The notes beneath the pieces were generated by a model that worked only from the letters and a program-made list of their open reading frames with translations, was not told the origin of the DNA and made no database searches. A stretch of 64,000 nt of DNA from Stegostoma tigrinum. Its lineage: Eukaryota. The stretch is taken from contig NC_081387.1 of NCBI RefSeq assembly GCF_030684315.1, positions 28,019,771-28,083,770 on the forward strand, given 5' to 3'. Shown here piece by piece: positions 50,870-63,832 of this stretch (position 1 is the first letter of the stretch; every line of letters begins with the position of its first letter). The translations under genes and the position numbers were made by a program.

Positions 50870-52410
50870 GAAAACAGGAGTAGGTCAATCAGTTCCTCTA
50901 ACCTCCTCCAACAATCAACAGATTTATGGCTGATCTGACAGTCCTCACGTCCATTTCCTGTCCTTTGTCCATAACCCTCAAGTTTGTGTATATTTAAGGC
51001 TGAGATTAGTCTCTGACTCTCTAGCAAGGTGTTCCAAAGATCTCAGAATTGAAGTTCTTCCTCATTTCAGTCTTAAACTGGCACCCCATTTCTTTTGAGA
51101 TTGTACACTCTGGTCCTAGAATCTCCCATGAAGGGGAATATACTCTGTTTTAACCCTGACAAGCCCCTTAGGAATCCTAAATGTATCAATGAAATCGCAT
51201 CTCATTCTTCTAAACTCCAGTGAATAGTGTCCTAACCTACTTAGCCTTTGCTCATAAGACAATCCCTCTATACCAGGAATCATTCTCATGAACTTGCTCT
51301 GAACTGCCTCAAATGAAAGAGGTCTCCAGATGTTGTCTCACCAGTATCTAATACAGCTGCAGTAAGATTTCCCTTCTCTTACATCCTAACCCCAATGAAA
51401 TAAACTCTAACATTCCATTAGCCTTCCTGATTCCATGCTGTGACTGTATGCTAGCTTTCTGTTTTTCATGCACAAGTACCCCTAAGTCCCCATGTGTTGC
51501 AGCTTTCTGCAGATTTTCTCCATTTTACTCTTTTATCCCCCCCTTCCAAAATGAACTACTTCACATTTTCTCACATTATACTCCATTCGCCAACTTTTTG
51601 TCCACTTATTAACCCATCAATATCTCTCTGGAAGTTGTCTATATCCTCTCACAACCTGCCTTTCCACCTATGTTTGTGTCTTTTGCAAATTTGGCTACAG
51701 TACATCCACTTATTTCCTCCAAGTCATTGATATATTTCGTAAACAGTTGTGGTCCCAGGAAACCCGCCGGTTAGGTTGCCAACCTGAAAGAGAACCCCTT
51801 TTAGCCACTCATTGTTTCCTGCTCATTAGTTAATTCTCTACCCACGCCAATATACTACCTCCAACACCATGAGTTCTCATCTTATAACTTAAACTTTTGT
51901 GAGGTACCTTGTCAAACACCTTCTGCTAGTTCAAATACGTCTACTGGTTCTGCTCTTTCCACTCTGGTTGATTCTTCCTTGAAAATCGCTAAAAAAAATT
52001 AGTTAGATGCGATTTCCCTTTCACGAAGCCGTGCTGACTCAGCTTGATTAGATTATAATTTTCCAAATGTCTTGTTATTACTTCCTTAGTAATTGATTCG
52101 AATACTTTTCTGGCAACAGATGTTAGGCTAATCGGCCCATAGTTACCCTTCTTTATCTCTATCCCCTTTTTGGATAGGGATGTCCCACTGGCAGTTTTCA
52201 CCATCCTCTGGTATGCAATGTTTTGTTTTGGAAATTTACAACCAATGCATCCACTATCTCTGTAGCTACCTCTTTCGGGTTGCTACAATGCAAGCCATTA
52301 TGGCCAGGGCTTGTCAGTACCACTTCCCTAGTGATAGTGATGATCCTGAATTTGTTCCCTGTATTCTTTAGTAAAAGTGGGATGTCTGAAGTATCTTTCG
52401 CCATAAAGAG
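50870..52410 (-). mobile_element. Degenerate CR1 LINE
   Basis: KKG..KGNYGPISLTSVARKVFESI..SQHGFVKGKSHLTNFF RT remnant. Confidence 0.8.
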
Positions 52411-52419
52411 GAGATAGCT

Positions 52420-53455
52420 GGAACTGCAGATGCTGGAGTCAGAGTCAATACAGTATGAAGTTGGGAGAACACAGCAGGTCAGGCAGCATCAGAAGAGCAG
52501 GAGAGTCGACATTTCGGGCCTAGACCCTTCATCAGGACTGGAGAAGGAGAAGGGAGCTGAGAAATAAACAGAAGGAAGAGGGATGGGGCTGGGGAAAGGT
52601 AGGTGGAATGGCAATAGGTAGATGCAGGTCGGGGTAGTGGGGATCAGTCAGTGGGAAGGGTGGAGCAGAAAGAAGGGGAAGAAGATGTACAGGTAGTGTC
52701 CAATCAAGGAGCCAGGGATGAGAAGGGGGGTTGGGCCTGAGATGAGCACGAGAGTGGGCAGATTTTGAAACTGGTGTAAGGACAAGTTCCATTAAGTAGA
52801 TGAGGGTGTTAGTGGAGGGGGGCTGGTTGGGCCTGCAAGAGAGAAGGCCAAGTTCCATTAAGCGGAAGATGAATTTTCCATATCCGTCAGGACCTGTACA
52901 TCCTCCAATCTGGTCTACAGTATCTGATGCTCCTGATGTGACCTCTCTTCTACATCGGTGAGACCGGTGATAGATTTGCGGAGCATTTAAGCTCGGCATG
53001 ATACAATCAACAACACCTTCTGATCGCTAACCATTTTAACTCCCACTCCCACGCCCTTGATGACGTTCATCCTGGGCCCACCCCAGTGCCACAATGATGC
53101 CACATGCAAACTGGAGGAACAACACCTCATATTCCGCCTGATGGCCTAAACATAGAATTCACCAGTTTTAAAATCTCCCCACTCCTGGCCTCATCCCATG
53201 TCCAACCGTCTCTCTCAGCCCCGCTTCCTTGACCTGACATTACCTATCCCCACCTATCCACCCCACCCTTCTCATTGACCAATTGCCACTACCCCTCCCT
53301 GCATCTACCTATCTCCATCCCACCTATCCTACCCCAGACCCATTCTCTTCTATTTCCCAGCTCCCTGCCCCCTCCCCAGTCATTAAGGGTCTAGGCCCAA
53401 AACGCCAACTCTCCTGTTCCTCTGTGTTCCTCCGGCTCCACTCTGTATTGACTCT
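52420..53455. mobile_element. Divergent pair of Penelope fragments inserted in the CR1
   Basis: Minus-strand terminal repeat at ~52420-52760. Plus-strand GIY-YIG remnant (CTSSNLVYSI*CS*CDLSSTS...) and terminal repeat at ~52890-53455. Confidence 0.7.
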
Positions 53456-54959
53456 TCCACTGTAAAGACTGACACCAAAATATCAGTTTAACACTTCTGC
53501 AATTTCCTTGTTCCCCAACACTATCTTCCCAGATTCATTAACTAACAGGCTTATGTTCACTTTGACCTTTTTGTAATATATTTAAAGAATCTGTTATTGT
53601 CAGCTTTCATATTCCTTGCTAGTTTGCCCTCAGTTTATTTTCTCTGTCTTCTTATTTTTTTAGTCTTCCTTATGACTTAAGAGGATATACTGTATTAGCT
53701 TGGTTTATGCTCCCCTAAATATAGAGATCAGGTGTTTAAAATGTTAAAAAGCTTCAAGAGGTTAGATGGCAATAATTTTTTGAAAATTGCTGAACAAAGG
53801 TGCATTTTATCAAAGCTTTTTGTCTTGCACTCATCAGAACGACTCATGAGAATACCAATTTAAGAGGAAAACCAACATTTATATTGTATAAAAGGAGAGT
53901 TTTGAATGGTTGACAAGTGGATTCCACTCAATAGAGGTATTTCAATGTAGAATGCACAATTAATAATGTTTGACAGTTAGCTGCCAGCCTTTGTCTAAAT
54001 TTTAAACCAGGCGGGTGGACTCTTGACTATCAAGAATATCACCTATTTTGTTGAACTGAAACAGGTATACTGCTTCTTAGTGTCTGCAAAGAATAGAGCC
54101 CTGTGTATTAAAATATGTAGCTTCCAGTACATGAAGGTGCACCATCAGACTGTCAGCCTGAAGCTGTTTCCTCTGGTATGGGAATCAAGAACAAGGGCAC
54201 ATAATCTTAAAATTAGATTTGGAGGAGTCCACCTAAGAGGGAAATCACAAGCAATTTCTTTCGGAGAGGTAGGAAAATCTGGATTATTTTCCTCACAAAG
54301 GCTTAGAAGATGGGCAATTGAAAATTTTAACATGGAGACGCATAGATTATTGCAAATGAATATAGAGCTATGTCTGATAAAGGGAGGGATCTACAGATCT
54401 AACTGAATAGCAGAACAGCATTGAGGGGCTTACTCCTATTCCTGACTGTTAAGTTGTTCTATAGTATCAAAGGAGGAAATCAGAACTTAAAAAGCAGCAC
54501 AAATTAATCAAAAGAGAACTGTGGATGTACTTACAAACACTGTTGGCAACCAATTATTTTATAGTTTCATTATCTTGTAAAAGCTGGCAGCTGTGGTTCC
54601 ACAGCATATAATATTTCACCAATATACAAATTTACTTGTAGCAACAGAGCTGATTGAATGCTTGGTATCATCGAGCATGTGTATCCCCACTTGGGGAGGT
54701 GTTTCAAGGTCAGCATATTAATCTGTGAACTGTATCATAGTCATCAATTCTAGACACAGGAGCTTTGAGACTTCCACAAAAAAATTGAATGAATATGATA
54801 GTGAGTAAAATTATAGCATAAAATATGTAACACCCTAACAAATCTGCTACTTAAATCTGTACTTCAACAAAACTAGTGTGAAGAAGGGTCACCGGTCCCA
54901 AAAAGTAAACTCTGATTTTCTTTTCACAGATGCTGCCAGACGTGCTGAGCTTTTCCAGC

Positions 54960-56750
54960 AGGGGGCATGAGAATACCATGACAGATTAGATCAAGGAAAA
55001 CTCCAAGGCTTTTTACATATGTGTGAGGAATAAAAGAATGGCCAGAGAAAGGATGGGCCAATCAAGGATTGTAAAGGGAATTTGTGCACGGAGCCTGAAG
55101 AGATAGGACAAGTCCTTAATGAATAGTTTTCTTCGGTATTCACAACTGAGAGGGACCTAGATGTAGGGGAAGACAGTGTGAATCAGGTGGATGTTAGTAA
55201 GGAAGATGTACTAGAAATTTGGAGGAACTTGAAGATAGATAAGTCCTCCAGGCCTGATAGGATTTATCCAAGGATTCTATGGGAAGTGAGGGAAGAGATT
55301 GCCGGGCTTTTGGCAATGATCTTTTTTGTCCTCACTGTCCACGGGTATGGTGCTGCAACAGTGGAGAGAGACAAATGTCATTCCCTTGTTCAAAAAAGGG
55401 AATAGGGATAACCCCAGAAATTACAGGCCAGTTAGTCTTACTTCAGTGGTGGACAAATTATTGGAGAGGGCTCTGCGAGATAGGATTTATAATCACTTGG
55501 ATAGGCACAGTTTGATTTGTGATAGTCAGCATGGATTTGTGAGTGGTAGATGACGCCTCACAAACCTTACTGAATTCTTTGAAGAGGTGACTAAACACAT
55601 GGATGAAGGTAGACCAGTGGATGTGGTATACATGGATTTAAGTAAGGCATTTGATAAGGTTCCCCATGGTGGGCTCTTGCAGAAAGTAAGAAGGCATGGG
55701 ATTGGGGGAAATGTGGCAGTTTGATTCAGAACTGGCTGACTCTTAGAAGACAAAGGGTGGCAGTGGACAGAAAATATTCAGCATGGTGCTCAGTTACGAG
55801 TGGTGTACCACAAGCATCGGTTCCGGATCCTCTTCTATTTGTGATTTTTGTAAATGATTTGGATGTAGGAGTGGAAGGGTGGATTAGTAAGTTCCTGACA
55901 ATATGAAGGTAGGTCACATTATGGATAGTGCAGAGGACTGGTCCAGATTACAAAGGGACAGTGATAGGATGCAGAGCTGGGCTGAGAAGTGGCAGATGGA
56001 GTTTAACACTGAAAAATGTGAGGTGATTCACTTTGGAAGGACAAACTTGAAAGCAGAATGCTGGGTTAATGGAAAGATTGTTGGCAGTACTGACGAGCAC
56101 AGGGATTTTGGGGTTCATGTCCACAGTTCCCTGAAAGAGTTGTTAAGAAGGTGTATGGTGTGTTAGCTTTCATTAATAGCAGGATTGAGTTCAAGAGCCG
56201 TGAAGTTATGCTCCAACTATACAAAAGCCTGGCTCAACCACATCTGGAGTATTGTGTCCAGTTCTGGTTGCCTCATTACAGGAAAGATGTGGAAGTGTTG
56301 GAAAAGGTTTACCAGGATGTTGCCTGGAATAGAGGGAAGGTATTACAAGGAAAGGTTGAGAGACCTCAGGCTTTTCACTTTAGAACAATGAAGGATGAGA
56401 GGTGACTTGATAGAGGTGTACAAAATGAGAGAGTGGTCAGCCAGAGACTTGTTCCTACGGGCAGGTAGCTATTATGAGGGGGCATACTTTTAAAGTGAGT
56501 GGAGGTTGATATAGGGGAGACGTCAGAGGTAGGTTCTTTACTCAGAAAGAGGTAGGGGGCATGGAATGCAATGCTGGAGAGGGTAGTGGAATCGGCCTCA
56601 TTAGGGGCATTTAAGTGGCTATTAGATAGGCGTTTGGATGATAGTGTAAGATAGGGGTGGAGGTTAGATAGACCTTAGGATGAGGGCAAAATTCAACACA
56701 ACATTGTAGGCCGAAGGGCCTGTACTGTGCTGTACTGTTCTATGTTCTTC
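54960..56750 (+). mobile_element. CR1 LINE ORF2 3' half, decayed
   Basis: VIPLFKKGNRDNPRNYRPVSLTSVV..SQHGF, VTSGVPQAS, WAEKWQMEFNTEKCEVIHFG, HLEYCVQFW, and a CR1 tail. Confidence 0.92.
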
Positions 56751-56943
56751 TGTTTTTGTTCCTGATTTACAGTATCTGCAGTTGTTTCAGTTTTTATTAG
56801 TGTGAAGACTATCTTTGGTTACAGTCAAAAGTTACAAGATGTTTCATTTTGTCACATTCGATATCATTAGTAGCTGTTATTATGAGTTGGAAAAGATGAT
56901 ACATAGACTTAGAGCATACACAAGAATTAAGCCTCTTACTTAC

Positions 56944-57060
56944 AGGTATTTGACCAAACCCGTTTACATGGACCTATTCTTCTGCCAATATACATTATCA
57001 TTGGTGTTAACATGAAGACAAGTGAAACTGTTAGAAGACCCACTGATTCGACTGACCAAC
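56944..57060 (-). CDS. Ig-5TM gene: TM3 exon and basic cytoplasmic loop
   Basis: acttcttttcag|GT...T|gtaagt, 117 nt, phase 1-1. Encodes GWSVESVGLLTVSLVFMLTPMIMYIGRRIGPCKRVWSNT. Confidence 0.82.
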
Positions 57061-58671
57061 CTGAAAAGAAGTTTATTAACAAAGTCATTGTGGAAAATGA
57101 TTTTTGGGTTAAAAAGCACTCTTTGATGTAACTACAATAGCCACATTGTCACTTTATAGTTGTTGATGAACACAGTGAGCTTGATTTTAACTCCCAGGCA
57201 GGAACACTACCAAAAAAGTGCATAAGGTTGAGTGTAGCAAGAAACTTGGCTCGATGTAATGGTCGGCTTTCATTTTAACACACTTCTGATTTCACAATAA
57301 ATTGGCTGGTAAGTGCCTCACTGACTATTAAAATGAGGAGACAGAGGCTGGCCTGCACAGGTTCGTATGGCAATCATCGCTGGCTTAATCAGTTGAAAGG
57401 TTTGAAGAGAAAGTCCAGGTCAGGGAGATTTGACGGTTACTTACAGAACCAGAGGAACACAGCAGCTCCCTATCCTTGCACACAAGGAAACAAAATAATT
57501 AAAAACTTATCCTTGTTGGGCTCTCCTAGCCCTGGCTGCTGCTCCTGGCATCAATGCTCAGGCTTCAGGTTAAATTGACAGATCAGGCCCAACAAAATGA
57601 TCAAAGTCTGATGAACCACACTAGTTTCAAGTGCCCTGAGCCTCTATAATTTATTGTTGCAGTCAGCCAGACCAAGGAGCAAAAGGAGCTGGTTAAGTCC
57701 CCAAGCTGTTCCATTTTAATCGTTAAAGTAAACTTCTGAGAGGGTATTCACAATATTTCTGTTTTTATCTAAGGTGGTCTACATTACTCATCTCAGAACA
57801 AATCAATTTCCTCAGCATGACAATTCTATTTCCGTAAAAGCTTAAGTACCATGTTGTTGAATATAGCAGGCAACATCTCCACATCCAGCTCTTTTAAAGG
57901 ATAAATCAATACAACATTATTGCCTTAGCTGGAGATCAATTCCATACATCATCACTATGAAATATCCTAATCTTGACTTGCCTGAGGTCTATGAAAATAT
58001 CAGCTTGACTTTTTTGGCACAAGCTGTAAAGGTCACTTTGAAAGAAAGAGAGCCTTACAAATGGCTACATTTTTCTTGGGAACACACAGGAATCAATGTT
58101 AAGGTTAGCATTGAGATTTGCTTCAATATACCTAAAGAACCATTTACACCAAACTTGCAACATCTGGCATGACTACAGGAAGGCCAGAGATGCAGCAATT
58201 GTAAAAGGTCCCCCAAGTACTGTGCTGATTCACACTCAGGCACAAGGGAACACAGAAAAGTGGATAAGATTATTTACAGCTTGGAGTCTACCATGTAATC
58301 TATATGGTTTACCATTAGTGAATGCAGATTTAAGTATAGAATTACTGCCTTTTCAAAACTAAAAACCTTTCCCAATGTCAAGTGCCCACACAAAATAAAA
58401 CATAGTGCAAGTAAATAAACATTCTCTATACCCTGACATTTTTGCATGATATCTGACCTGCAGGTAGGTAAAGCAGCTTGAGATGTTCCAAACCTACATG
58501 ACAATGAGTTTACTTAAAGAAAGGAATTTGAGAAAACAGCTTACAATATTACTTTCTATCCTTTCATGTAAGGTTCTAACCTGAACCTCTTGCTCAACAG
58601 TAAAATAAGCAAAATTTTATTAAATGCTTGAAGAGAAGCACAATAAAGAAAAACAGATTCACGATATTTAC

Positions 58672-58773
58672 CATCAATAAAGATCCACAAAGTGGTTGCG
58701 GCTACAAGCAATATCAGTGATGACATCAAGCAGAGCAGACAGAGGGCAATCAGGAATTTCTGTGTTTTCTGAT
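58672..58773 (-). CDS. Ig-5TM gene: TM2 exon
   Basis: ttctctttactttag|AT...G|gtaaat, 102 nt, phase 1-1. Encodes DQKTQKFLIALCLLCLMSSLILLVAATTLWIFID. Confidence 0.85.
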
Positions 58774-59937
58774 CTAAAGTAAAGAGAATAAAACATGTTT
58801 TAGCAGATGTGTCCTTTAAATCTCTGGGCTGAAAGATTGTATCTCGGGGATCCAAACCATTGCTGCCTATTTCAAACCAAAACCAGATACTGAATTATCA
58901 TTAATTTGTTGGTGTAAAATGCCATAGGCAGACCTGCCAAAAGGTCTTTCAGGCTTTCACACCCCATAATCGAATTATTGCCACAGCCTACATTTCTTTC
59001 AGTTCCAGAGCCAAAAGGGGACTTAGGCATCTGTCCAATGCAACACACTGGATGCCTTGCTGCATGTCATCAGTAGATAAGACAGTGCTGACACTATGGA
59101 GGGTGACAGGGCAAACCCGCAATTTTTCCATTCCCAAATAAAATGCACAAAACTGACCCTTGTGGTGAGATTTCCAGCATTGTCTTTAAGAATCATTGGT
59201 CAAGCTTCTCTACATGATATGAGCCACAAACATTTCTCTTTGGAAGGTGCAATACCATCCTACATTAGGTATAGGACACTGAACTGTATAACTCATCCCG
59301 TTTGGGCAGTGGTCCTGGGTCCTACAAAGTTCCTTTGAACAGTAAATGAGCACTCCAAGGGGGAAAAGAGAAGCCAATAGTTGAATTTCTCTACCAGGAC
59401 TCTTTATCTTTTGAAAGTGAAAGAAGGGTTATTACATAACAATTTATGCATATTGGAAAGCTTGATAAAAAGTACGAAATTCTTAAGAAGATACAGTAAA
59501 ACCTTCCACAATCCGAATTATAACAGAAATCCTAAAAACAGGACTCTAAGTATCCACCATGCCAGTATCAATTGCAGATAAATATGAGCTTTGAAGAAGC
59601 GACCTGACACATTGATTATATGGCCATTTTCACACAGTGATAAAGAAAATGGTTTTATTGTTAAAAAACATGAGTGATACAAATTAGTGAATGCAGGTTC
59701 ATATCCAGAATTGTCCATTGGGAAGCTCTTATCTACTTATACTGTCTTTGAGAAAGTTCAAGATGATGCGATGTACATACTGTGTCACAGTGACAAAGGC
59801 TGCACAATAATCTCCCCAACCTGGGTTTTGCTTTTAAATTTTTGAGCTCCACCTCAATCAGAACATGGTTTCCTCTCCAACTTATACTAGGAAATAACCC
59901 ATACAATATGCATACAAAAAAATCTCATAATTAATAC

Positions 59938-60045
59938 CTCTGTTTCGAAATATAGTTGACAGCATGAAGGCACTAACTGATGTCAGCATGCACCCAAGAC
60001 CTGCGATAGCTGTTGTTATTATCCTATATTCATATGGAAGGATAC
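59938..60045 (-). CDS. Ig-5TM gene: TM1 exon
   Basis: tttttcaactgctttag|GT...G|gtatta, 108 nt, phase 1-1. Encodes GILPYEYRIITTAIAGLGCMLTSVSAFMLSTIFRNR. Confidence 0.8.
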
Positions 60046-61539
60046 CTAAAGCAGTTGAAAAACAAAATACACCTCAACATCGTTAATATTGGCCGTGACC
60101 AATGCTGCATTAGATAAGCTCATGAAACAAAGTTTAAAATGGAGTCCAACATATGAACATTTCACATTTCTTTGTGTAATATTTTAAAAATGTACATAAA
60201 TGCCTGTTAAAACAGCAATGTAATGCCAGAGAAAAAGAAAACACTGCTTTATAATCACAATGCTGATAATTCTGTATTTCATAATTGTGCTTTGGCAATA
60301 GGAAGGAATTGTTAAGAGAAAGGATAGAGTGAGACTAAATACAGTAACATAATGAAAGAATATACATTTATATATCATCTTTTAGATCAGATGTCCTACA
60401 GTATTTAAACCAATAGATAACTTCTGAAGTTACCATTATTTAGGGTGCGAATTAACTAAAAAGTAAATAATATCTATTTAATCTGTTGACAAATGTTATA
60501 AACATTTTGAAAGAAATTGATCTTTTTTATTGTATTCTACTTTACTTTCACTCTCCTGCATTCTCTGCTCTTAGGTGCTTCCACAGAGTGACTTTTTTGT
60601 CAATTGAAACTAATAACACTGCCCAACCACAATGAATCATATTTTAAAGAAAATATCTGTAATTTAAACAAGAGGGCATCCCTAAGCTTGCCCATTGTTC
60701 TTCATAGAGACGTTTATATTAAATCTGACTTTCTTGTCCAAAATGCATTATACTTGAATCCCTTGTCCTCCTTTGGCTTCAAGAATCTTGTAGATAGATG
60801 GAACATGTAAGCAAGAGGAGCAGAGTAGACCATTCAGTCTGTTGAGCATACTCTGCCATTAATGCTCTCAAGGCAGATTCTGAGCTTCAACTCAAATTAC
60901 CTGCCCATTCTCCATGTGCCTTGACTTCCTGAGACACCAGAAATCTGTCTATCCCAATCCTGAATGGATTCAATGATAGAGTTTCCACAACCTGCTAGGG
61001 CAGAGAATTCCAAAGATTCACCAGTTTTGGAATGTAGATTTTTTTTTTCCTCATCTCAATCCCTTGTCAAGCGATTTCCCCACTTCTTAGATTCCTGGAC
61101 CCATGACATTAATCTCTCAGCGCCTACCCTATCAAATCTATTCATGGTCTTGGTGACACCATGCTGGGAGCACTATGTAAAGGTTTTAGTCTCCTTATAT
61201 AAGGAAGGATACTCTAGTATGGCGGGAATGCAACAAGTATTTCCCAGACCACTTCCTGGGATGGCAGGACTGACATATGAAGAGAGGCTGGATCAATTCA
61301 GACTATATTCACCAGCTTTTCAGTCTGAACGCATTCCGAGAGAGGGGGCAGCACATTTAGAAGAAGTGTGGAAAGCAGAGAGTGGCTTCATTCCAAACAC
61401 AGTGCCAAGAAAGGAGGCAACAACATTTCCCAATTTATCATAGCTAGCTCATGCCTCATACTATCATAGTGCCAGTTATTTAGATGTGAGACATCAATCT
61501 CCAAATCAATCATGTGACTCTCCATCCTAATGAAGAATG

Positions 61540-61912
61540 GGAAGGTGATGGCCTAGTGCCATTACTGCAGGACAGTTAAATCCAGAGACCCAGGTAACAT
61601 TCTAGGGACCGGGTTTGAATCCCGCCACAGCAGATGGTGGAATTTGAATTCAAAAAATATCTGGAATTAAAAATCTAACGATAACCATGAATGAATAAAT
61701 GTCATTACGAATGTCGAAAAAACCCATCTGGTTCACTAACGTCCTTCAGGGAAGGAAACTGCCATCCTTACCTGGTCTGGACTACATGTGACTCCAGACC
61801 TGCAGCAACGTGGTTGACTCTTAACTGCCCTCTAACCGTCTGGGCAATTACGGATGGGAATACATGCTGCCTAGCCAGTGACACTCTCATCCCATGAATG
61901 AATAAAAAAAAA
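61540..61912 (+). mobile_element. tRNA-derived SINE with LINE-related body and A-rich tail
   Basis: TGGCCTAGTG A-box-like, GGTTTGAATCCC B-box-like, ending in CCCATGAATGAATAAAAAAAA. Confidence 0.7.
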
Positions 61913-63832
61913 TTAAGGGCTTCACACAGCTCAGTTGCCAAGTACTTGTTTCTTATCACACAATACCCAGTCTAGGATGGCCTGTTCTCTCGTTGGTTCT
62001 TAAATGTATTATTCAGGCAACCATTCAGTAGCCCCTCCAGGAATTCCTCCTACATGATATTGCAACTGATTTTATGTGCGCAATCTACACGTAGATTAAA
62101 GTCACCCATTTATTTTTCTTTAATAGTTATTTCACTCATGGGGCTTGAGTCCATGGCTGGCCAGCATGTATTGCCCATCCCTAGCCTATAATTACAGTTG
62201 TACCTTTACTGCTTTCCACCCTGATTTCCTGCTTCGTACTTTCCCCGACATTACCACCGCAGTTTGGGGTTTACACAAAACCGTAAATGAATCTAAATAG
62301 CTTAAATTTTTTTAAAAAAGGAGAAATAGCTACTTGGATTTCAGAAATGAACACTAGCAAGAGAGCTAAAAATAAATCAAGTCAATTAACTAAAGCAATA
62401 AAGCAACACCAAAGGAAAATAAGGTTAACATAAGTGAAGTTTAGCTACCAACAAGTATAAGTAGGAAAGATTGTTCCCAGAGGTACAGGATGGTGAGTCA
62501 GTGGGAAAAGTGGAATGTACATCTTGCAATACATGAGAAATCATGCGCATACCCGTTTCCATTTTTGTTAAGAGCACTGTATTCTATTCTTCCTTTCTTT
62601 AATAGTTTCTTGGTCCTCTTTGCTGAATTCTAAAAGCTTCCTTATCTTCAAATTTATTGCTATTTTTGGGTACTTTTAAAGACTTTTCTTGAGTCTTTTA
62701 TAATCTTTAAGTTCCTTTGTCAACCATGGTTGCCAGACTTTTTAAATTTATGCACCTCAAAGGAATGTATGAAACTATAGTGCTGTAAGCATATAATAAT
62801 TACTTAAAGACTGTCACTGCCAATTAATGCATTTTCCCAATCTACCTCAGCCAATTTGTATCTCATGCTTTCATAATTTCCCATATTTGACTATAAAGAT
62901 CCTTGCTTCAGATTGAACTTTCACTTCCAAACCCAAAGTCATATTCAGTTGTATTATGATCACTCTTCCCTAAAGGTACTTCTATAATGAGTATTAATTT
63001 GCCCTTTTTTGAAATATATTTAAAGATGAGGTTGATAGATTTGCAATTATCAATGGCATAAAGGGCTATGTGAGGGTGGGTAAAAGACACCGAAGTGTTA
63101 AGATCAGCCATGATCTTATAAAATGGCGGGGGAGGCTCAAGGGGTCAGGTGGCCTATTCTGCTCCTACTTCTTACATTCTTATGTGTTTGATCAGCAGTG
63201 AATGTATTAAATGGCAGAGCAGTTTCAATGGGCTGAATAGCCTATCCCAATGTTCCAGCTGCTGTTCCTCACACACCTACACTGATTACTCTTTTTTATC
63301 AGTCCCCTCCACTCCACCTTGGTCGTCACTTTTTTCGACATTATACCTTTGCACTTCTGCTTAGATTCTTCTTATTTTCAAAACCCTTTCAGACTATGCA
63401 TTCGAACCCCAACTATTTGCGTTTTTCCTCCTGCTTGGTCTTCTTCCTCCGGAACATAAATTACTTCAAACTACTGTATCTTCCCATGTGTGGGATCAAG
63501 CAAACTTGAATGAGTATGTGTATACAGAATCTTCATCCCAGCTTCACAAAAGCCCCGAACACTCCACACCCAATGAGTTATTTCTGAAAGACAGTTACTG
63601 CCTGTAGTTAGTAAAACACACAAAAAAGAGAAAGCAGTTGTTTGGCTTGGATTTGAATCCAACTTCCAAGGATAAAAGATGCATTTCTAACAGCATCCAG
63701 TTTCTATTTTACCTGGTGATTTAATGACTGAGAAGTTCGCACTTTGAACAACAAGGCCATTTGAGGCCTGTGATTGGGAGGGCAACTCACTTGAAGAGCT
63801 ACCAGTCACTATCGGGCCATATCAAAACTCAC

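Noticed and set aside
54636-54770. Exon-like minus-strand segment with a good acceptor and donor and Tyr motifs (DDYDTV, YADL) between the TM3 and TM4 exons
   Set aside because: All three frames from the strong acceptor hit a stop, and the two motifs are in different frames. TM3 and TM4 already join in phase. At most a decayed or poison exon.
57770-58450. Possible ancient L1/Tx1-like ORF2 remnant on +
   Set aside because: Only vague motif resemblance with many stops; cannot be supported without a profile search.
58556-58855. Tapasin (TAPBP) or butyrophilin TM exon, expected near DAXX
   Set aside because: The gene has five TM exons, no KKxx ER-retention tail and no B30.2 exon.
59518-59603. 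Hydrophobic minus-strand stretch GRFFKAHIYLQLILAWWILRVLFLGFLL* as an extra TM exon
   Set aside because: Weak pyrimidine tract and an in-frame stop before any donor.
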